Assembly: GCA_022841645.1 (NCBI GenBank)
Contig: JALHRC010000004.1
Location: 4,078 to 68,077, forward strand
Source: Minisyncoccota bacterium
Lineage (GTDB): Bacteria; Patescibacteriota; Minisyncoccia; Phycocordibacterales; UBA918
Direction of reading: 5' to 3'
DNA length: 64,000 nt
Positions 30,343-40,735 of the stretch are shown here, piece after piece (the stretch's first letter is position 1; every line of letters begins with the position of its first letter). A model generated the notes under the pieces. It saw nothing but the letters and a program-made list of their open reading frames with translations. It had not been told where the DNA came from and searched no databases. Made by a program: the position numbers and the translations under genes.

Positions 30343-31197
30343 TTAAGGGCCTAAAAGTGTTGTAGCGAGCGCATGCCACGCCTGAAATGATAGATCTTCA
30401 GCACGAATGGTGAGCGATAGGTGAAGGGCAGAAAAAATCTGCTCTAGCTCACTGCGCTCGTAGTGTTTGGCTAGGTTGCCAAGCAGCTGCTTGCGTTTTT
30501 GTCCGAAACCGAGATGAAGCAGGGTAAAAAACTCTTTTGAAGAAAGGCCGGCGAGTCGTTCGCGCGAAATATTCCTGACGGCAATGATCGCCGAATCGAC
30601 CTTAGGTGGCGGGCTAAAGTTGCCTCGCTTTACCGTACATATATATGAAGGGTCACCATAGGCAGCTACTCCAAGCGATAGGAGGGATGATTTAGGGTCG
30701 CGGGCAATGCGCTCTGCTACCTCTCGTTGTACGAGAAAAACCAAGGTCGCGGGCTGAAGAGCGTGCTCGAGGAAGGTGCGAAAGAGTAGTCCGGAGAGAT
30801 AATACGGAATATTAGCAACTACCTTATACCTGTGGTCCGTAAGGCCAAGACCCTGGAGGTCCAGTTCCCGGGCGTCTTGTTCCGATATAACTAGCTTTTC
30901 GGCTCTAATTTCACCAGAAAAGCGTTCTTTAAGGTGGGTGATAGCGCGCTCATCAGTCTCGATGGCGACCACCTTGGCGCCCCTGGCTAAGAGTACTTCG
31001 GTGAGTACGCCTGTACCCGGGCCAATTTCAACCACAAGATCGCCCTCCCCCACCGCAGCCGCGGCGCACATCCGTTCGGGAATGACGGGACTCGTCAAAA
31101 AATGCTGCCCCAGGGACTTTTTCGTGATAAAGCGCTCGGCTGCCATATTCCTCATACTACACGTACTGCCGGTGTCGTGCGAGGAGTGGAAATGCAA
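30343..31197 (-). CDS. rsmA: 16S rRNA (adenine1518/1519-N6) dimethyltransferase
   Basis: SAM motif VVEIGPGTGVLT; KsgA signature NIPYYLS. Confidence 0.85.
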   Translation of the reverse strand: MHFHSSHDTGSTCSMRNMAAERFITKKSLGQHFLTSPVIPERMCAAAAVGEGDLVVEIGPGTGVLTEVLLARGAKVVAIETDERAITHLKERFSGEIRAEKLVISEQDARELDLQGLGLTDHRYKVVANIPYYLSGLLFRTFLEHALQPATLVFLVQREVAERIARDPKSSLLSLGVAAYGDPSYICTVKRGNFSPPPKVDSAIIAVRNISRERLAGLSSKEFFTLLHLGFGQKRKQLLGNLAKHYERSELEQIFSALHLSLTIRAEDLSFQAWHALATTLLGP

Positions 31198-31209
31198 ATA
31201 ATTTGCATT

Positions 31210-33177
31210 TTAGTCAAGATAAATGGTGGTTTCGTAACCTGAGCTATTCCCCCACCGCCTACCCTCATCAAGCTGTACATGCTCGGGGCTAATATCCGAA
31301 AGAAACGATGAGGGCACGTTTACGCGCTGTGACCCATAGACAGTGCGTAGGTGGGCGTAGGTGAGGTGGAGTTGGTGCTTGGCGCGGGTGAGAGCAACAT
31401 AAAAGAGACGACGTTCCTCCTCGCGGTCGATACGAGCGTCGTCGAGCCGTTCGTGCGGAAAAAGCCCTTCTTCGAGGCCGGTGATGTAGACATGTTCGAA
31501 CTCGAGCCCTTTGGCGGCGTGGACGGTCATGAGGCGCACCGCGTCGGCTTCACTCTTGTCTTTCAGTTCATCTTGATCACTCTCAAGCGCCGCGCGCTCA
31601 AGGAGCGCCGTCACCGCCTCCTCTACCGGTAGACCATCGTAACGGGTAGCCACCGACACGAGCTCGCGCAGGTTCTCGAGCCGTTCGAGGCTTTCCTCGG
31701 TCCCCTCGTCTTTGAGCATGCCTTCAATGCCCGAGCGCTTCATAATAAATTTTATTACTTCCGATGGCCGCTCGCTTTTTGCCGCTTCAGTGATGCTCTG
31801 CATGATGGTGTAAAAGCTTTCGACCTTCTCACGCACTGAGCCCGAGAGTTCCTCACGTCGTCCCTCGAGGAGTTTAAGGAGCGTCACTTTACCAATGCCG
31901 CGGGCGGGTTCATTCACCACCCGACCCAAATCCCCTTGGCTGTCGGGGTTGAGGGAGAGACGCAAATACGACAGCACATCCTTCACCTCCTTCCGTTCAA
32001 AGAATTTGGTCCCCAAGAGTTGATACGGGATGGCGTTACGCAGAAAGGCTTCCTCGAGCACACGTGACTGAAAGTTGGTGCGGTAGAGCACAGCTATTTC
32101 CGAGGGAGCAGTACCAACTTTGATGAGGTCGGCGGCACTACGCGCTACGTAGTCGGCCTCGTCCCCTCCCCCCATCGCGGCAAAGAGACTAATTTTCTCC
32201 CCGATCTTGTTGTTAGTAAACACTTCTTTTTCAATGCGATTTTTGTTCTTGGCGATAATTTCATTGGAGGCCGCAATAATGATTCCCGTAGAGCGATAAT
32301 TTTCAGCCAAAATAATGGTGCGCGCGCCCGGAAATTCCCGTTCGAAAGTGAGCACGTTTTTGATGTCGGCTCCGCGCCAGGAATAAATGTTTTGATCGAT
32401 GTCACCGACCACGCAGATATTATTACGTTCGCCCGCAAGCAGACGCATGATGTCAAACTGCAGCCGGTTGGTGTCTTGATACTCGTCGACATGAAGATAG
32501 CGGTAACGGGCAGTCAGGGCGTCGCGGACGGGTGGATGTTCGCTAAGGAGACGATAGGTCTTCCCTAAAAGATCGTCGAAGTCGAGTGCGTGTTCGCTCG
32601 CAAGAATGGCATCGTATTTCTCCCACACGGTCGCCGCCACTTCTTCGGGGTACGAGCTCGCCGCATCTTTAAAACGAAGTGCCGTGAAGCCATCTCCCTT
32701 GGCGCGTGAGATCATGCCGAGAATACGGCGTGGTTCAAATTCTTTAGGGTTATACTGGGCAGCTTCGAGTGCCTGTTTGATGGCGCGTAAACTGTCACTA
32801 CGATCGAGGATGGTGAAGTGTCGGCGCAGCCCCATGACGTCGTGAAATTCCCTAAGTAGCCGTACTCCAAGGGCGTGGAAGGTGGTCACTACCGGCGCGC
32901 TATCGAGGAGAGCCCGATCACTTGGAGGGTACTTCGCTAGGAGTGCCGTGGCTCGCTCACGCATTTCACTGGCCGCTTTGTTAGTAAACGTGACGGCCAA
33001 GATAGCATGGGGTGGCACGCCGCGGTGTACGAGGTGCACGATGCGGTGCGTGATAACGCGGGTCTTTCCAGAGCCAGCACCAGCCAGGACCAAGACCGGT
33101 CCTTCCATCGCTAAGACCGCCGCTTTTTGTGCGTCATTAAGACCCGTGAGGTATGGTGCTTCGCCAGGCTCGCTCAT
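31210..33177 (-). CDS. pcrA: UvrD/PcrA-family ATP-dependent DNA helicase
   Basis: Motif I AGAGSGKTRV, motif II VDEYQDTN, the other SF1 motifs and a C-terminal extension. Confidence 0.85.
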   Translation of the reverse strand: MSEPGEAPYLTGLNDAQKAAVLAMEGPVLVLAGAGSGKTRVITHRIVHLVHRGVPPHAILAVTFTNKAASEMRERATALLAKYPPSDRALLDSAPVVTTFHALGVRLLREFHDVMGLRRHFTILDRSDSLRAIKQALEAAQYNPKEFEPRRILGMISRAKGDGFTALRFKDAASSYPEEVAATVWEKYDAILASEHALDFDDLLGKTYRLLSEHPPVRDALTARYRYLHVDEYQDTNRLQFDIMRLLAGERNNICVVGDIDQNIYSWRGADIKNVLTFEREFPGARTIILAENYRSTGIIIAASNEIIAKNKNRIEKEVFTNNKIGEKISLFAAMGGGDEADYVARSAADLIKVGTAPSEIAVLYRTNFQSRVLEEAFLRNAIPYQLLGTKFFERKEVKDVLSYLRLSLNPDSQGDLGRVVNEPARGIGKVTLLKLLEGRREELSGSVREKVESFYTIMQSITEAAKSERPSEVIKFIMKRSGIEGMLKDEGTEESLERLENLRELVSVATRYDGLPVEEAVTALLERAALESDQDELKDKSEADAVRLMTVHAAKGLEFEHVYITGLEEGLFPHERLDDARIDREEERRLFYVALTRAKHQLHLTYAHLRTVYGSQRVNVPSSFLSDISPEHVQLDEGRRWGNSSGYETTIYLD

Positions 33178-33560
33178 AGTGCGGCCACTATAGCATATGC
33201 ACCTTTGTAGCCTGAGTTAGGAAGGCCCAGTATATCCCGATACTATTTTGAAGTAATGTCAATAGAGTAAAAGAGCCCGCATCGTAAGGCTTTAAAGTCG
33301 TCGTGAGGGATGCAGTGGAAAAGTCGCTCCTCGTCAATTGCCCCCCTCTGTGGGTGCGGTAAAATTACCGCGTACCAATAGACGGTATCGAAATGAGCGT
33401 TCGCGCTCTTTTTGTTTCTGACATTTCCGTAGCGGTTGAGTGGCAGTGAGTCCATAAAGCATTTCGTATTCAACCTAGTTTTCAAGAGTCAGAACCCGTA
33501 CCTCCCGCTCCATCGGCACATCTGACGTCATATATCCCCGATCACCGGGCCGCGCCAGCG

Positions 33561-34535
33561 GTGTTACCGCTTATGGTGATGCTGAGTATCGCGATTCCAC
33601 TGACCGTCCAGGCCGGTGTGCTGTCCTCTTTTTTTACTGAAGTGCGCCACGTTCAACCACCTGACCCTTCCCCGCAAACGGCTGCCGTTGATCTCCCGCT
33701 TCTCTCAGCCGAACCCAACCCAAACCCCGTCGGTCCCTTCGGCGGAGCAGAAATCATGGTTGATAACGGAGCGCTCGTAGCATCGGGCCCGGTAGGTGAA
33801 GACGAGGTGTCTTCCCTTTCGCTTACGAGCGGTGAGATCAGTGTCTACACTGTACGCGAGGGCGATAGTCTTTCGATGGTGGCCGAAATGTTTGGCGTGA
33901 CCACCAACACCATTTTGTGGGCCAATGATTTAGCGAGCGCCAAGTCTATCAAGGCCGGTGACACGCTTATTATCCTGCCGATTCCTGGTGTGCAGTACAA
34001 GATTAAGAAGGGCGACACCATTGCTTCGATTGCTAAAACGTACAGTGGGGATGCCGATGAGATCCTCGCTTACAACCAGCTTACGGCCGCAGAGCTCCAG
34101 TCAGGTCTTACGATCATCATTCCAGGTGGTACCGTGCCAGCTCCTAAGACAGTGGCGAGTGCTGGTGGTAAAGCCGCGTCGGGCGGTAGTAGCGCGGGCT
34201 TTGTGCACCCCCTTCCTGGTGCGCTACGTACCCAAGGCATCCACGGCTTTAATGCAGTAGATTTGGCTGCTTCCGCGGGCGCCGCTATCCGCGCTGCCGC
34301 TGCCGGTGAAGTAATTGTTTCAAAGACTGGTGGTTGGAATGGTGGCTACGGTAACTACATTGTGGTGAAGCACAGTAACGGTACCCAGACGCTCTACGCA
34401 CACAATAGTAGCAATGCCGTTGGTGTGGGTGCCTATGTCGCCGCCGGTGAAACTATTGGCTACGTCGGTAACACCGGTCGATCGACTGGCAGTCATCTCC
34501 ACTTTGAGGTGCGTGGAGCCAAGAATCCGTTCTAA
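33561..34535 (+). CDS. LysM-domain M23 (lysostaphin-like) peptidase
   Basis: Two LysM repeats (YTVREGDSLSMVA; YKIKKGDTIASIA). M23 motifs HxxxD and C-terminal HLHFEVR. Confidence 0.8.
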   Translation: MLPLMVMLSIAIPLTVQAGVLSSFFTEVRHVQPPDPSPQTAAVDLPLLSAEPNPNPVGPFGGAEIMVDNGALVASGPVGEDEVSSLSLTSGEISVYTVREGDSLSMVAEMFGVTTNTILWANDLASAKSIKAGDTLIILPIPGVQYKIKKGDTIASIAKTYSGDADEILAYNQLTAAELQSGLTIIIPGGTVPAPKTVASAGGKAASGGSSAGFVHPLPGALRTQGIHGFNAVDLAASAGAAIRAAAAGEVIVSKTGGWNGGYGNYIVVKHSNGTQTLYAHNSSNAVGVGAYVAAGETIGYVGNTGRSTGSHLHFEVRGAKNPF

Positions 34536-34587
34536 CCGGCTTGCATCTCATCGCTTTTAACCAAGCCTTCTTTACATAAAGAGACAT

Positions 34588-34619
34588 GAACAACGCGGCC
34601 CTAAAAGGGGCCGCGTTGT
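34588..34619. terminator. Bidirectional terminator (13-bp stem) between convergent genes
   Basis: AACAACGCGGCCC-TAAAAG-GGGCCGCGTTGTT. Confidence 0.7.
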
Positions 34620-34637
34620 TTTCAACATTATTACCAC

Positions 34638-36152
34638 CTATGTCCTCACCCGATACTGCAAAGCCTCAAGGAGATGTGGCACTTCGACATCGTCTTTATC
34701 GTCGAGATCAGCAATCGTGCGGGCCACTTTAATAACGCGGTGGAAACTGCGGGGTGAGAGATTGAGTTTTCCGGCGGAGGTGACGAGAAGGTCTTTGACT
34801 GCCGCACTGAGTGGTACGGTCTCCTCAATGTCGCGTACGGACATGGCGTGATTGGTGCTGATACCACGGCCGGCGAGGCGCTTCCCCTGCCGCTCTCGCG
34901 CTGCACGGATGTTTTCGCGCAGGGCTGCGGTGTTGTCCTCTCCGGCAATGCTCTTCTCAGTCAGGGCAGTGTGGCTTACGTGAAGGACGGGCAACCACAA
35001 ATCGATGCGGTCGAGAATTGGCCCGCTCACCTTCCCTTTGTAGGTGTCTGTCATGGCGCGCGCGAGGTCCTTCGTACCGTCTTCGCTGCCGCGGTAAGGA
35101 TTGAGTGCCGCGATGAGAATAAAGTCGGCGGGAAATACCGCGGTACCGTTGACGCGGGAGACAGTAACAACACGATCTTCGAGCGGTTGGCGCAGGGCAT
35201 CGAGCGCCTGCCGTTGAAATTCTGGAAACTCGTCCATGAAAAGCACACCACGATGAGCGAGGGTGACTTCGCCCGGGCGTGGATTAGTGCCACCACCGAC
35301 GAGCGCCGTGTGTGAGGCGGTGTGATGGGGGCTGCGGAAGGGCGGCACGGTGGTCGGGGCAGTCAGTGGCGCCACGAGCGAATGAATCGCTAGCACTTCG
35401 AGTGCTTCGTCGCGCGAAAGGGGCGGCAGAAGGCCGCGCATGGCGCGGGCCAGCATCGTCTTCCCCGTGCCGGGTGGCCCAACGAGGAGCGCATTGTGTC
35501 GGCCCGCGGCAGCAATGAGGAGTCCGCGTTTGGCACTTTCTTGACCACGGACGTCAGCAAAGGTGACAGCAGTTTCAAACCATTCTTCCCCGAGAGTTGT
35601 TGGAGGTGTGGTAGGTAGTGGGTGCGCCGCAGGGTCAAGCAAAAAATTCACCACTGCTTCAAGAGTACTCGCCGAGAGTACGGTGAGGTCATCAACGAGC
35701 GCCGCCTCGGCAGCATTCTCCTTTGGGACGACGAGCGTGCGGTAGCCTGCTGCGCGCGTTGTGAGCGCCACCTGCAACACGCCACGTACTGGTCGAAGCG
35801 TACCGTCGAGTCCAAGTTCTCCGACAAAAAGCGGCGCCTCCTTGGGGAGCGTGAGTACTTCGCTCGCCGCTAGATAGGCAATCGCGATCGGTAAATCAAA
35901 CAGCGGCCCCTCCTTCTTCAGGTCAGCCGGTGAGAGCGAAATAGTAATCTTTTGATTTTGGCTTTTTGGTGAAGTGTGCCCGCTGTGCTTTAGTGCCGCA
36001 CTCACACGATCGCGCGATTCTTCTATCGCCTTCCCAGCCAAGCCCACCACCGAAAAAGCGTGGAGCCCCGGAGCAATGTCTGCCTCTACCGTGACGATGG
36101 TCCCACCGAGCACACTTGGTTGAACTGTCAGTGTGTGGGCAATCGTCGACAT
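34638..36152 (-). CDS. comM: YifB/ComM-family Mg-chelatase-like AAA+ protein
   Basis: N-terminal Lon-like domain, Walker A GPPGTGKT, C-terminal Mg-chelatase ChlI-like region. Confidence 0.85.
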   Translation of the reverse strand: MSTIAHTLTVQPSVLGGTIVTVEADIAPGLHAFSVVGLAGKAIEESRDRVSAALKHSGHTSPKSQNQKITISLSPADLKKEGPLFDLPIAIAYLAASEVLTLPKEAPLFVGELGLDGTLRPVRGVLQVALTTRAAGYRTLVVPKENAAEAALVDDLTVLSASTLEAVVNFLLDPAAHPLPTTPPTTLGEEWFETAVTFADVRGQESAKRGLLIAAAGRHNALLVGPPGTGKTMLARAMRGLLPPLSRDEALEVLAIHSLVAPLTAPTTVPPFRSPHHTASHTALVGGGTNPRPGEVTLAHRGVLFMDEFPEFQRQALDALRQPLEDRVVTVSRVNGTAVFPADFILIAALNPYRGSEDGTKDLARAMTDTYKGKVSGPILDRIDLWLPVLHVSHTALTEKSIAGEDNTAALRENIRAARERQGKRLAGRGISTNHAMSVRDIEETVPLSAAVKDLLVTSAGKLNLSPRSFHRVIKVARTIADLDDKDDVEVPHLLEALQYRVRT

Positions 36153-36162
36153 AGGCTATTGA

Positions 36163-36537
36163 TTACAGTGAAAGGAGATCTTCCTCTTCACGATGAGCAG
36201 TACACGTGCGGGCGGCCGGACTTGCGAGGAGACGCGCCTCTTCAATCGGTTCGCCAGAAACTTCGCAAATACCGTAGGTACCGATTTTGATTTTACTCAG
36301 TGCACGCTTCACGTTACGGTATTCGGTTTCGAGGACGGCCACTGTAGCGCGTCGCTCATTCCAATCCTCTACCACGTCCGCTCCGTCGTTGTGGTCTGGT
36401 TCAGAAGTCTCTCCCCCTACCGGAGCTGCTTCCCAATTGTCCGTGGCGTGATCGTAAGTGGCGATCCCTCGTAGCTCGTCCTCTAAGCGGGCAAGTTCGG
36501 CCTGAAGTGTGGCAGTTTGTGTGGCGATGTCTATCAT
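36163..36537 (-). CDS. DksA/TraR-family C4 zinc-finger protein
   Basis: C-terminal CEVSGEPIEEARLLASPAARTC, an acidic coiled-coil N-terminus. Confidence 0.6.
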   Translation of the reverse strand: MIDIATQTATLQAELARLEDELRGIATYDHATDNWEAAPVGGETSEPDHNDGADVVEDWNERRATVAVLETEYRNVKRALSKIKIGTYGICEVSGEPIEEARLLASPAARTCTAHREEEDLLSL

Positions 36538-38324
36538 ATGTCAGTAGTATACGGCGTTTCAGTACTTACGACGAGTGCGCGCAGCGCAGCAAAGGTAGCT
36601 TGATTGGTCGTGATAACAATGGTCGTGTCATTGGCAAAGCCGTACACCATTGTTGTCACCTCATCATCGTTTGAAAAGAGTCGTAAGTCTCGCCCATCCA
36701 GGGTTACATCGCGCCAACTTTGGCGGGCGGTGGGCTCGGAAACTATAAACGGAGAAAGCGCCGAAGGCAGCGTGGTTTCCCAGCGCAGCATGCCACCAAG
36801 TGCCGCCCGCGCGTCACTCACGCGCACCACGACAAACGGTGTTCGTCCTTCGTACCAACCAAAGGCAATAGCGGTGGCAGTTTGGGCCAGGTTTTGATCG
36901 ATGCCGCGATCGAGGAGGGTGAGGAGGCTGGGTGCTACTAGGGCGCCGGTAGGAGTGGTGACGGAAAGTTCGGTAGTGCTCTCTCCCGTATCGGCAGCGG
37001 TGAGAGCATTCATAAGCGCGTCGCGCTCAAGGACGGAGAGCGCGACCACACCCTGCGGTACGTTAAGTAGACCGTTACTTGTGTTCGTAAGAGCTGGTTC
37101 AGTATCTCCTTGCCACAGCGGCAGGAGATAGAACGTTGCGGTCCCAATTATAATGACGATGACAATTGCGGCAGCAATGTGCGAGGTAGTGAAAAATGTT
37201 CGCCAACTGCGTGCGGGCTCGGCCGCTGCGTAGCGACGTGGAGGAAACTCTACTGGTGCTATCTCAGGCTCAGGTAGTGCTTCTTCCTCTACAGCACTCG
37301 TCACTGGTATAGGTTCCGGAGTTACTTCTTCGCGGACGTACTCGACGGGCACGGGCGTAGCAACTGGCGGACTGACCGGTGGTTCTTCTACATAGACTGC
37401 GACCGGTTCTGGCTCAGGCTCTGGTGTTGGGGCAGGGGCGGGAGCTGGTGGTGTCTTCTCGACTTCTTCTACCACGGGAGAGGTTTCACTTTCATCCTCT
37501 TCACTTTCCCAACGCGGCGTCGGCGAGAGGCCACGACGTGGACGCGTGGTGACCTGCACATTGCTAAAGCCAGTCGTGGAAGTACCAGGCAGCAAAGGAA
37601 AAACACTTTCGGTATTCGGCGTCCAGGTGGTGTGCAGTTCTTCCTCGGGGGGTGGGTCAACCCGTCGTTGAATTTCACCACGGAGGTCGGACTCGTCTTC
37701 AGTTACTTCGCGGCCCGTCTGTGAGGTAGCTCGCTGAATAATGTCGCGCCGTGTCTCGGCGGCGGGCACTACCTTGGTGGTGGCCGTTTTGGCAATCTTC
37801 GCTTCGCGACGGCGCTTCCGCCACTTGCGCAGACCCTCGCGTACGCGGGCAAAAAACGACAAGCCACTTTTTTTGGTGTCAGTAATGATAGTTCCAGCAC
37901 TGTCGTCCTCTTCAATCACGACACGCGATTCGCTTGGGGGTGAGGGCGAACGATTCACTGTCGTGATGCCCTTTCGTAGTTCATGAAAGGGCAGTACAAC
38001 GGTGGGCATCGCACTCAGGTGTTCCGTGAGCGCCTCTTGGGCCGAGGCAGCGCGCTCTTCTGGTGGGTCGTCGCGCACCACTGCCCGTGGTGTCACGGTG
38101 CGCGGTCTTTCCTCCACTTCCTGCGGTGGCGGAAGTGTCTTCGGACGCGCTGCAACTACCCGTGACGGCACCACAATCGGCGCAGTCGAAAGGGGTGGCG
38201 TGGGTGTGGTGGGCTCATCGCTCACGGGTGCCGGCGCTAGCCCACGACGGGCACGCTCGGTTTCCAAATCACGAGCGTAGGTGCGCAGAGCGGGCAGCGA
38301 ATTTGGAGTTGGAGTATCCATCAT
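36534..38324 (-). CDS. Pro-rich, disordered membrane protein with a single TM near residue 370
   Basis: 596 aa. Long PxP-rich N-terminus, TM AAIVIVIIIGTATFYLL, C-terminal extracytoplasmic domain. 4-nt overlap with the DksA-like gene. Confidence 0.5.
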   Translation of the reverse strand: MMDTPTPNSLPALRTYARDLETERARRGLAPAPVSDEPTTPTPPLSTAPIVVPSRVVAARPKTLPPPQEVEERPRTVTPRAVVRDDPPEERAASAQEALTEHLSAMPTVVLPFHELRKGITTVNRSPSPPSESRVVIEEDDSAGTIITDTKKSGLSFFARVREGLRKWRKRRREAKIAKTATTKVVPAAETRRDIIQRATSQTGREVTEDESDLRGEIQRRVDPPPEEELHTTWTPNTESVFPLLPGTSTTGFSNVQVTTRPRRGLSPTPRWESEEDESETSPVVEEVEKTPPAPAPAPTPEPEPEPVAVYVEEPPVSPPVATPVPVEYVREEVTPEPIPVTSAVEEEALPEPEIAPVEFPPRRYAAAEPARSWRTFFTTSHIAAAIVIVIIIGTATFYLLPLWQGDTEPALTNTSNGLLNVPQGVVALSVLERDALMNALTAADTGESTTELSVTTPTGALVAPSLLTLLDRGIDQNLAQTATAIAFGWYEGRTPFVVVRVSDARAALGGMLRWETTLPSALSPFIVSEPTARQSWRDVTLDGRDLRLFSNDDEVTTMVYGFANDTTIVITTNQATFAALRALVVSTETPYTTDI

Positions 38325-38381
38325 CTACTAGTATCGCATGGTTTACGGAGAGCCTTCCCACTCCTCGTTAATAAAGTTTTG

Positions 38382-40499
38382 TTACATGTTTCCAGTGCGA
38401 CGAGTGTAGAAATCGGGGTCGGCTTGCTTGATAGAGAGACCAATTTTTCCATCTTCCACTTTGCTTACCACGACTGGCAGTACTTCACCGACGGTAAGGA
38501 GTCCCTCAACTGTTTCAATACGCACGTTCGCGATTTCAGAGATGTGAATGAGTCCCTCGTTGTAGGCGTCGAGTTTTGCAAATGCCCCAAAAGGAGCGAG
38601 GCGGGTGATGGTGGCCTCTACACGCTCGCCAATTTCATAGCGTTTGGTGAGGGTGGTAATACGCAGGGCCGCCGCGCTCGCGGTACCCCCTTTCCCGGTG
38701 ATGAAGACTTGGCCATTTTCTTCGATAGTGATTTCATCGACACCAGTGTCGGCTTTAATGCCGTTGATGGTCTTGCCACCACCACCGATCACGAGGCCAA
38801 TTTGTTCAGGCAAAATGGTGAGCGTAACAATCTCGGGGGCGCGCGGGGAAATGTGTGCGCGCGGCGCGGCGATTGCCTTCTCCATGGCGCCGAGGATAGT
38901 GTGCCGCGCCGCGCGCGCCTTCTCGAGCGCTTCACCCAAGACTGCGACCGGGATGCCGCCGACCTTCACGTCCATCTGAATGGCGGTGACCCCTTCGCTC
39001 GTGCCGGCTACTTTAAAGTCCATGTCGCCAAACTCGTCTTCGGGACCTTGGATATCGGTAAGGAGCGCGTACTTCCCTTCGTGGAACATAACACCTGAAG
39101 CGATGCCGGCGACGGCCCGTGTGATGGGTACGCCACCATCCATAAGTGCGAGACTCGAGGCACACACTGAGCCCATTGAACTCGAACCGTTGCTCGAGAG
39201 TGTCTCTGACACGAGGCGAATGGTGTAGGGAAATTGTTCGACGGGAGGAATGACGGGAACGAGCGCTTTTTCGGCGAGTGCTCCGTGCCCTACCATGCGC
39301 CGGTTTTGTCCACCAACTCGCCCCACCTCACCAACGGAAAACGGTGGGAAATTGTAGTGGTGCATGAAACGCTTTTTGACCGCTCGCTCTTCCATGGTGT
39401 CGACAAGTTGCGCGGCGTCCGGGCCGCCGAGGGTCAGGGCAGAGAAGATGTGCGTCTCTCCACGATAGAAGATGCCGCTGCCGTGTAAGACCGGCGAGAT
39501 TCCCCCGGCCTGTGTGTAGAGGGAGCGCACCTCGTCGAGTCCTCGTCCGTCTGGTCGCCTGCCTTCTACCACTGCCCCGTAGTGAATGAGTTCGTCGATC
39601 TTGCCTTCAAAAAAATCAGCGGCCACCGAGGGAGGGACGTCAGGCAGGTTGGCCGTAGTGGCAGCGAGGAACGCTTCTTTGACTGCGTAGAGATGCTGCT
39701 TCCCGGGCGTACCGGAGAAGAGCGCCTCATGCAGACGGGTGTGAAACTCTGAGGTAAAGAGTTCGCTCAGCGCTGGCAAAATGCTGGGCGCAGTGGTGGC
39801 ACGTTTGGAAACTCCGCGTTCAGCGATAATCTGCTTCTGCCAGGCCTCGAGGGTGGCGTGTACCGTGCGGGCTTCCTCAAGCAGAGCGACAATGGTGGCC
39901 TCGCTCACTTCAAAGGCAGCCGTCTCTATCATATTAATGGTGCCGTCTTTACCGCATGCCAAGAGCTCGACATCGTTACGCTCGTCACCTCGTTCACTGT
40001 AGGGAGGATTTACGAGAGGTGCGCCATCACTCCGCCTGCGCCCGATACGCGCTACGCCAACTGGACCATCCCACGGAATGTCCGAGACTCCGAGCGCGAG
40101 TGAGGCGCCGATCACTCCAAGAATATCTGGGTCTTCGTCGCCGATCGCTAATACAGTCACAACCACTTGTACCTCTTGGCGAAGGTGCTGGGCAAAGAGC
40201 GGGCGAATAGTGCGGTCGACAATGCGCGCCGAGAGAATCGCCTCGTCGCTTGGTCGTCCTTCGCGGCGTACAAATCGACTACCCAAGATAGCGCCAGCGG
40301 CATAAAACTTCTCTTCAAATTCTACTGACAACGGGAAGTATGGCAGTGAAACAGATTTCTCGCTCATCACCGCGGTCACCAGCACGACCGTCTCGCCGTA
40401 GCGGAGCATCACGGAGCCATTGGCCTTGGGTACTAGATCATTAAACTCAGCTGTCAGTACTTTCCCTCCGACCTCTACCTCGTAGGTTTTTTTCTGCAT
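38382..40499 (-). CDS. pnp: Polyribonucleotide nucleotidyltransferase (PNPase)
   Basis: Two RNase PH domains plus KH and S1 domains (C-terminal GLIHISE). 705 aa. Confidence 0.92.
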   Translation of the reverse strand: MQKKTYEVEVGGKVLTAEFNDLVPKANGSVMLRYGETVVLVTAVMSEKSVSLPYFPLSVEFEEKFYAAGAILGSRFVRREGRPSDEAILSARIVDRTIRPLFAQHLRQEVQVVVTVLAIGDEDPDILGVIGASLALGVSDIPWDGPVGVARIGRRRSDGAPLVNPPYSERGDERNDVELLACGKDGTINMIETAAFEVSEATIVALLEEARTVHATLEAWQKQIIAERGVSKRATTAPSILPALSELFTSEFHTRLHEALFSGTPGKQHLYAVKEAFLAATTANLPDVPPSVAADFFEGKIDELIHYGAVVEGRRPDGRGLDEVRSLYTQAGGISPVLHGSGIFYRGETHIFSALTLGGPDAAQLVDTMEERAVKKRFMHHYNFPPFSVGEVGRVGGQNRRMVGHGALAEKALVPVIPPVEQFPYTIRLVSETLSSNGSSSMGSVCASSLALMDGGVPITRAVAGIASGVMFHEGKYALLTDIQGPEDEFGDMDFKVAGTSEGVTAIQMDVKVGGIPVAVLGEALEKARAARHTILGAMEKAIAAPRAHISPRAPEIVTLTILPEQIGLVIGGGGKTINGIKADTGVDEITIEENGQVFITGKGGTASAAALRITTLTKRYEIGERVEATITRLAPFGAFAKLDAYNEGLIHISEIANVRIETVEGLLTVGEVLPVVVSKVEDGKIGLSIKQADPDFYTRRTGNM

Positions 40500-40508
40500 A
40501 GGGTGTGT

Positions 40509-40570
40509 GGGAGGCGCGCGCGTATAAAAGCGCGAATCATTTCGGCGCTCTCTCTACGCGCGCGCCTCCC
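40509..40570 (-). promoter_or_regulatory. pnp leader: 16-bp GC-rich stem (GGGAGGCGCGCGCGTA / TACGCGCGCGCCTCCC) with an inner hairpin
   Basis: Immediately 5' of the pnp start on the transcribed strand. Analogous in position to the RNase III-processed pnp leader of E. coli. Confidence 0.5.
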
Positions 40571-40674
40571 CGTCAAACATTAAATTAATAACTCTCCGAG
40601 CATAACAAACTCGCTGCCGACCGCAAGGCGGTCGGCAGCTTTGGGGACTCCTGAACATGCGAGTGTAAAGAAAC

Positions 40675-40716
40675 GTACACGCGCGGCGGCACCAGAGGTG
40701 CCGCCGCGCGTGTACA
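40675..40716 (-). terminator. 19-bp perfect hairpin downstream of the NYN gene
   Basis: GTACACGCGCGGCGGCACC-AGAG-GGTGCCGCCGCGCGTGTAC, followed on the - strand by GTTTCTTT. Confidence 0.5.
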
Positions 40717-40735
40717 CTACTTTCTCTACCACCCG